DNA of 20,000 nucleotides from an uncultured virus (IMG/VR IMGVR_UViG_3300044959_000200) (Duplodnaviria; Heunggongvirae; Uroviricota; Caudoviricetes): IMG/VR virus record IMGVR_UViG_3300044959_000200, positions 58,551 to 78,550 of that record; one strand, 5' to 3'. Shown piece by piece: positions 14,976 to 20,000 of this stretch (position 1 is its first letter; each line of letters starts with the position of its first letter). The notes under the pieces were generated by a model. It saw only the letters and a program-made list of their open reading frames with translations, ran no database searches and was not told where the DNA came from. The position numbers and the translations under genes were made by a program.

Positions 14976-17019
14976 GTTCAATAGCCTCCACGTTAGCAAT
15001 AGGGCGTGAAACGTTAGCAGCGTACTTACATCCCTTTCGGAAGGGAAGAATTTTGTTGCGCGCGCACGTCATTTGCTGATCGCAACCCGCACACGCAACT
15101 AAGTCAGTAAGAGTAAGTGTGATATTTTCCTTGAAAGTCAAAACTTGAGCCACATAGCGGTCCAAACCCCATGTAGCGTCTGAAGTGAGCAAGCGATAGA
15201 CCGTCATCGCACGGCGCTGTCCAGGCCGATTGTTACGATCCATAGCTTGCCGATACTGAAGTGGATCCCACGGCAATGAGTAAAAAATCGTATAATTAGC
15301 TGCCGTTAGCGTGACACCAATGCCGGTACGTATCTGCCCAATGTAAACTCGGCACTTAGTGTCGTTTTGAAAACGATCAATGCGTTTCTGCCGAGAAAGT
15401 GTTTGCCCGTCGACGCGCACATAGTCAACGCCTAAAGCTTTAGTCGCTGTCTCAAGATCATCAAGTTCTTCAAGATAATTTGCCCAAACAATAACTTTAT
15501 TAGTTTCGTCAGTATTCAAAATTAGAAAGAGCTGCTCTTTGTACAAGTCGAGCTTAGGATTTTCAATATCACGTAATACACGGCGCTCAGGTGCGGATTG
15601 CACAACCTCACATTTTTTGGTGTATGGACGAATTTTGGCCTCTACACACACCTCCATACGAGGGCACGCATCGCAGATTGCGTAATCTGCACCTTGAATG
15701 ACAAAACCAGAGAGTACCTGAAGCAGCTTGGTGACACGTGTAGCGCCATGTGGAAGTCGCACTGACTGTTGCTGCGCTGTAACCTCGTCAGTGACACGTG
15801 CTGGCTCCGCATAAATCAACTCTGGCGTAACAGACATCGCCATTTCCATAACAAGCTCATTGTACCGAGCACGTTGTGCAACGCCGAGGTCGTAGTACAG
15901 ATCAACAGTCGTAACTGGCGGCAAATCAAGGCAATCGGCTTTCTTCATGCGGAGTGCGACGTTACGGAATCGCTCGTTGAGCTCATTGAGGAAACGAAAG
16001 CCAACGACAATATGCTTATTTTTCCGCGAATAAACAACGTGACGTTCTACAAACTTATGGTACGATAGTGGTATAAGTGCCGGAGACAGGAAATAAAGTT
16101 GGCCGTAAAGCTTACGTGGATCGTCGCCAGGCGTACCACTTAAGCAGTAACGTCGCACAGCTTTAGCCGATAGCTCAATCGCCGCTTGTGTTTGACCTGA
16201 GGTCCAATTACCTAAGTAATGACTCTCATCGGCAATAATGGTGTCGTAGTCGAGCGCGTATAAAGGATGTGCTGCAAGGCGCGTAAAACGCGCAATATCC
16301 TCTTGAGTAAGAGGAGCAAGTTTATAACGTTCTCGCTGCGCAGGTGTAATCGCTAACTCTCGCACCGCATTTTTCGCCGCCTCGCGTTCCATACGTGCGC
16401 GAGTGTACGACACCAATACAATATCAGCAGTCTGTGCTGCCACTTCAGCCTCTGGCGTACCGTCCCAAATTACAGCCGTCCACGTACCGTTTGAACAACG
16501 CGCAACCTCTCTCACCCATGATTCCAATACAACAGGTGGTCCAAGCACAAGAGCTTTTCGAAAATTTTTTTGTAAGCGCAGTATGCGTAGAGCATCGATC
16601 ACAGTGCGCGTCTTACCTGTGCCCATGTCCCAATCAAGGAACGAGCGCCACCAGTAAACAAGGCGCGCAATGCCAAGGCGCTGATGACTATACGGTGTAA
16701 AGTTAGGTGCGAAAAAATCGTCGTTAACTGGCAAAGGCACCGGTTCATGATGATTCCATGCAGTAACAGCTGCTTCCCATGCTTTATCAGCAGCGCGTAC
16801 CGCAGCAAGATGTCTTAGAGCGACATCATCCCATACTGCCTGCGGAGCTAACTTACGCAGGTCTTCAAACACCCATTTCGCGAAAGGAAAATAAGCAGGA
16901 AATAGCCATGCACCATCGTCATACACGCCTCCCCATGCTCGTGCAAGAAACGATTGTTCTGGCGCTGCTATACGGAAAATAGGTATAGATTTTCTGAGTA
17001 GAGCGCCTTCTACGATCAT
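14941..17019 (-). CDS. SNF2/SWI2-family SF2 ATPase/helicase with two Cys4 modules
   Basis: PYSHQ; motif I DMGTGKT; Ia LVLGPPVVLESW; II ADESH; III LSGTP; V GIGVTLTAA; VI QAMDRNNRPGQ. RBS AAGGAG. Confidence 0.92.
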   Translation of the reverse strand: MIVEGALLRKSIPIFRIAAPEQSFLARAWGGVYDDGAWLFPAYFPFAKWVFEDLRKLAPQAVWDDVALRHLAAVRAADKAWEAAVTAWNHHEPVPLPVNDDFFAPNFTPYSHQRLGIARLVYWWRSFLDWDMGTGKTRTVIDALRILRLQKNFRKALVLGPPVVLESWVREVARCSNGTWTAVIWDGTPEAEVAAQTADIVLVSYTRARMEREAAKNAVRELAITPAQRERYKLAPLTQEDIARFTRLAAHPLYALDYDTIIADESHYLGNWTSGQTQAAIELSAKAVRRYCLSGTPGDDPRKLYGQLYFLSPALIPLSYHKFVERHVVYSRKNKHIVVGFRFLNELNERFRNVALRMKKADCLDLPPVTTVDLYYDLGVAQRARYNELVMEMAMSVTPELIYAEPARVTDEVTAQQQSVRLPHGATRVTKLLQVLSGFVIQGADYAICDACPRMEVCVEAKIRPYTKKCEVVQSAPERRVLRDIENPKLDLYKEQLFLILNTDETNKVIVWANYLEELDDLETATKALGVDYVRVDGQTLSRQKRIDRFQNDTKCRVYIGQIRTGIGVTLTAANYTIFYSLPWDPLQYRQAMDRNNRPGQRRAMTVYRLLTSDATWGLDRYVAQVLTFKENITLTLTDLVACAGCDQQMTCARNKILPFRKGCKYAANVSRPIANVEAIEHASNSRTQRCN

Positions 17020-17046
17020 GTGTTACTCCTTTCGGTTAGAGACGCT

Positions 17047-18768
17047 ATGACTATCGACAGTGGAGTGAACTATGACGATATGCTGCTGGGTTTCGGAGGA
17101 CGTCATGCGATGTCGCATCCGAACCCCATGTTTGACTATTTAACGGGGTTTGTACCTCGGAAGCTCAAAGACCTGTTCAAATGGGCTGAGTACCTTGGAT
17201 TCCATTCAGCGCACATTTACGGCGTAGTCCGTAAATTCGGCGAATACCCAATCACTCGATTCATTTATGAATCGAATTCAGACGAAGAAAAAGCACGCCA
17301 TAAAAAACTCTTCGAAGAGACTCTACGTCTCAAAGGATTTCTAACGCTAGTAAGCTATGACGTCTGGCTATATGGCAACGCGTTCGTTTCAGTTTATGAG
17401 CCAATCAAACGCGAACTGGTATGTGAGTACTGCGGCACACGAGAAGACATCTCAGCGGCATCATACAAATTCAATCTCCCGAAACTTCAATTCACGCACG
17501 ACTGCAAGCAGTGTAAACGCAAAGGTGTGATCTCAAAGGTTGAAGACTACAAACTCAAGGATCCTACTAAGATCACACTAATTCGATGGGATCCAAAATT
17601 AATTGACATCGAACACAACCGAGTCACTGGCGAAAGTGTCTATTACTACCAGATACCACGCGATGACGTAGCAAAAGTACGCGCCGGCAACAAAACATTC
17701 ATCAATCACATGCCGATGGAAATCTTGCGCGCAATGCAAGAGCGCAAGACCTTTCGATTTGATGAAGGTTCACTTTATCATCTCAAAATGCCAGGACCGG
17801 CTGGTGTACAAGCGCAATGGGGATTTCCTCCAATTACGAGTGCAATTAAAAATTTCCTATTTACAGCAATCCTTCGACGAGCAAATGAAGCGATTGCACT
17901 CGAATACATCACACCATTTAGAATCATCCATCCATTAGCGGCTAGCGGACAAGGAGACCCTATTACGACCATTCCATTGGATCGTTGGAAAATGGAAATG
18001 GAACGTAACTGGCGATTGTTCCGCCGAGATCCGCTACGTATTCAATTTTCGCCTGTACCTATCGGCGTACAGAACATTGGCGGTGAAGGTCGTGCATTGC
18101 TCACCCTCGGCGAACTGCAAGAAGCTGAGAGAGCAATTGTACTTTCACTCGGTGTACCGATGGAGTTTCTTACAGGCGGTCTCGGGCATACCCGAGGTGA
18201 GATCACATTGCGAATGATTGAAAACCAACTACAAACACATATTGAAAACCTCAACGCACTCATACAGTGGATCGAACGCAAAGTTGCACAGTTTATGGGT
18301 TGGGCGTCAATCAAAATGCGCCTTGCTGATTTCAAAATGATTGACGACATCGAAAATAAACAACTCAAAATTCAACTTTGGCAAAGCCAGCTAATTTCGA
18401 ACACCACAATGGCAGAAATGCTTGACATTGATCTTGATCATGAACGTAAACAGCGACGTGAAGATACTCTAGCAGACGCTCGTGCCGAACAAGAAACCCA
18501 GGTTGCACTTCAAAAGCTTCAACAATCACTCTCAATACAAGCACAGCAACAAGCGCTTCAATCGCAGAGCAGTTTCGCGTACGACCAACAGGCAATCATC
18601 GCCAAAGCACAACCAATCGCTGAAGAACTAGCGCAATACGATGCAGGTACAAGGCGTTCACGGCTTGATTCACTCAAAGGCGAAGACTTCATTATGTACT
18701 GCATCGCAAAAGAATTGCTACAACAAATAGAGCAAAACCAATTGGCTTACATGAAGGCGCAGGGTTGA
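17047..18768 (+). CDS. Putative phage portal protein with Zn-ribbon insertion and Gln-rich C-terminus (start 17047 or 17110)
   Basis: Portal-like order of motifs DVWLYGNAFV...LYHLK...WGFPPI...IVLSLGVPMEFL in a protein of about 570 aa, with a CEYC...CKQC insertion. The alternative start at 17110 has GGAGGA 9 nt upstream. Confidence 0.7.
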   Translation: MTIDSGVNYDDMLLGFGGRHAMSHPNPMFDYLTGFVPRKLKDLFKWAEYLGFHSAHIYGVVRKFGEYPITRFIYESNSDEEKARHKKLFEETLRLKGFLTLVSYDVWLYGNAFVSVYEPIKRELVCEYCGTREDISAASYKFNLPKLQFTHDCKQCKRKGVISKVEDYKLKDPTKITLIRWDPKLIDIEHNRVTGESVYYYQIPRDDVAKVRAGNKTFINHMPMEILRAMQERKTFRFDEGSLYHLKMPGPAGVQAQWGFPPITSAIKNFLFTAILRRANEAIALEYITPFRIIHPLAASGQGDPITTIPLDRWKMEMERNWRLFRRDPLRIQFSPVPIGVQNIGGEGRALLTLGELQEAERAIVLSLGVPMEFLTGGLGHTRGEITLRMIENQLQTHIENLNALIQWIERKVAQFMGWASIKMRLADFKMIDDIENKQLKIQLWQSQLISNTTMAEMLDIDLDHERKQRREDTLADARAEQETQVALQKLQQSLSIQAQQQALQSQSSFAYDQQAIIAKAQPIAEELAQYDAGTRRSRLDSLKGEDFIMYCIAKELLQQIEQNQLAYMKAQG

Positions 18769-18769
18769 A

Positions 18770-19180
18770 ATGGAAGACTGGATGAACCCACAACAAGCAA
18801 ATCGCGAAGAAACTATACGAGGACCGCGTATAGGCTTTTCAGAACCGGCGGAAGAACGCCCACGCCGGATGAAAGTTTTTCACGAAACGTACTCAGTGTT
18901 TCGGCCTTGGAGCAGCTGTAGTCGTTGCAAAGACGCGATTCGAGAACGTCCTGAACTATTACCTGAACAAGGCGATTACGTTTGTCCACACACGCGACAC
19001 AACGAATATATTGAACTAATAAATCGACTGCGAAACGCAGGCGATGCAGGACCCTGGAAACTACACGCACGCGAATTTTCAAATGATCGAGGTGAAATCT
19101 ACGTTACGATCGCGTGGGAAGAACCCGAAGTAACGCAAAATGAAGCGCGGATTCGTTCTCGGGGTGTGCCGCGGTTATAA
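18770..19180 (+). CDS. Hypothetical protein with CxxC...CxH metal-binding motif (136 aa)
   Basis: Starts 1 nt after the portal stop (TGA-A-ATG). Contains CSRC...VCPH. Confidence 0.75.
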   Translation: MEDWMNPQQANREETIRGPRIGFSEPAEERPRRMKVFHETYSVFRPWSSCSRCKDAIRERPELLPEQGDYVCPHTRHNEYIELINRLRNAGDAGPWKLHAREFSNDRGEIYVTIAWEEPEVTQNEARIRSRGVPRL

Positions 19181-19196
19181 CTACGGCACACCCCGA
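19159..19196. repeat. 38-bp near-perfect palindrome (possible bidirectional terminator or cruciform)
   Basis: TCGGGGTGTGCCG-CG-GTTATAAC-TA-CGGCACACCCCGA has 17 of 19 symmetric pairs and is centred on the stop codon of the 136-aa gene. There is no poly-U tail. Confidence 0.75.
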
Positions 19197-19218
19197 AGTG
19201 CGCAGCGATCATTCATGA

Positions 19219-19266
19219 TCACCGCGCAACAAAAATTACGAAACGAAAAACCGCGCGTATTAGCAC
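19219..19266 (-). CDS. Candidate 15-aa hydrophobic peptide MLIRAVFRFVIFVAR
   Basis: GTG start 10 nt after the GGAGG core of a perfect SD (TAAAGGAGGTGATC, 19272-19285). The nearer ATG at 19271 would give only M-T-C-stop. Confidence 0.35.
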   Translation of the reverse strand: MLIRAVFRFVIFVAR

Positions 19267-19344
19267 GTCATGATCACCTCCTTTAGCGGACACAAAGCCC
19301 CGCTAAGAACTTTTACCACTTATTGCCTTTAAATTTTGATTGAG

Positions 19345-20000
19345 ATGAGTACACCGACGCCCGTACTGACCAGCGCAGCCACACTTCGCCAAAAACTGCA
19401 CGAAAAGACAACTAAGGCGTTAACTGCTGTTTTCCCCATTGACCTCAAAGGTAAAACGCTGGAAATCAAAGATGTACGTGTAAATTCACAAGATTTCACA
19501 CCATCAGACGAATACAACGCACTTATGAAAGGTTCATCACTTTATGAACCAGTCAAAGGCACACTTGTACTTAAAGACGCAAACGGAAAAATCCTCGACG
19601 AAGCAAAAAACTTCACGTTAGCACACATACCGTACTTAACATCGCGCCACACCATCATCGTAGATGGCAACGAATATCAAATTGCAAACCAATTACGCCG
19701 CAAACCGGGAGTTTACACCCAGCGAGCTGACAACGGCGAACTTAAAACAGTGTTCAACCTTGGGCGCGGAAAAAACTTCAATCTCACATTTAATCCTGAT
19801 AAAGGAACATTCTACCTTCAATATGGTACGTCAAATTTGCCTCTTTACGCCGTATTGCGAGGCCTTGGCGTTGAGCACAGCCAAATTGCTAAGCACTTAG
19901 GCGAAGGCGTAGCGCGCGCCAATGAAAAAGAGTACGGACACCAAATTGCGCCAACAATTAACAAGCTTTACACAAAGCTAGAGCATCCAGCTGTGCTGGA
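19345..20000 (+). CDS. rpoB: DNA-directed RNA polymerase beta subunit, N-terminal part (runs off the right edge)
   Basis: Not in the ORF track. Hand translation gives MSTPTPVLTS...VFPIDLKGKTLEI...SLYEPVKGTLVL...LAHIPYLTSRHTIIVDGNEYQIANQLRRKPGVY...LPLYAVLRGLG. This parallels bacterial RpoB FPI...YxxPL...GeIPlMTdxGTFiiNGxERVivsQLxRSPGVy...lLrAlG but is strongly diverged. Confidence 0.88.
   Translation, partial: MSTPTPVLTSAATLRQKLHEKTTKALTAVFPIDLKGKTLEIKDVRVNSQDFTPSDEYNALMKGSSLYEPVKGTLVLKDANGKILDEAKNFTLAHIPYLTSRHTIIVDGNEYQIANQLRRKPGVYTQRADNGELKTVFNLGRGKNFNLTFNPDKGTFYLQYGTSNLPLYAVLRGLGVEHSQIAKHLGEGVARANEKEYGHQIAPTINKLYTKLEHPAVL

Noticed and set aside
1627..19180. Stop-codon recoding (no main gene ends in TAG)
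   Set aside because: The long genes are intact in the standard code with no in-frame TAG, so there is no sign of reassignment.
19159..19196. Protelomerase (telRL-like) site
   Set aside because: No protelomerase gene is in the window and the left arm is coding sequence. A terminator or RNA structure is the simpler explanation.
19272..19285. GATCACCTCCTTT as a 16S rRNA gene end
   Set aside because: Only about 13 nt match and there is no helix 44/45 sequence upstream. It reads better as a minus-strand SD.

Overview
This window looks like part of a large dsDNA tailed-phage genome (or a large phage-like element); I see no host housekeeping context. A leftward replication/recombination module (1627-17019) encodes a family-A DNA polymerase with an N-terminal family-4 UDG-like domain, a DnaG-type primase fused to a P-loop helicase, two Cas4/RecB-like PD-(D/E)XK nucleases, a Cys-containing putative ssDNA-binding protein, a solo ParB and a SNF2 ATPase. 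A divergent sigma70-family factor sits within this module on the opposite strand. Rightward are a portal-like protein with a Zn-ribbon insertion, a small Cys/His protein and the start of a bacterial-type RNA polymerase beta subunit (19345 to the edge). A GC-rich PcfJ-domain gene runs off the left edge; the ORF track missed both edge genes. The main signals are an element-encoded RNAP beta plus a sigma factor with altered promoter-contact residues, a UDG domain with degenerate catalytic motifs on the replicase, and a structured antisense cassette upstream of rpoB with a perfect Shine-Dalgarno and a 15-aa hydrophobic ORF. Also notable are a duplicated Cys4 module in the SNF2 protein and a C-terminal NNNL tail shared by two replication proteins. 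All calls come from manual motif reading; no database searches were run.
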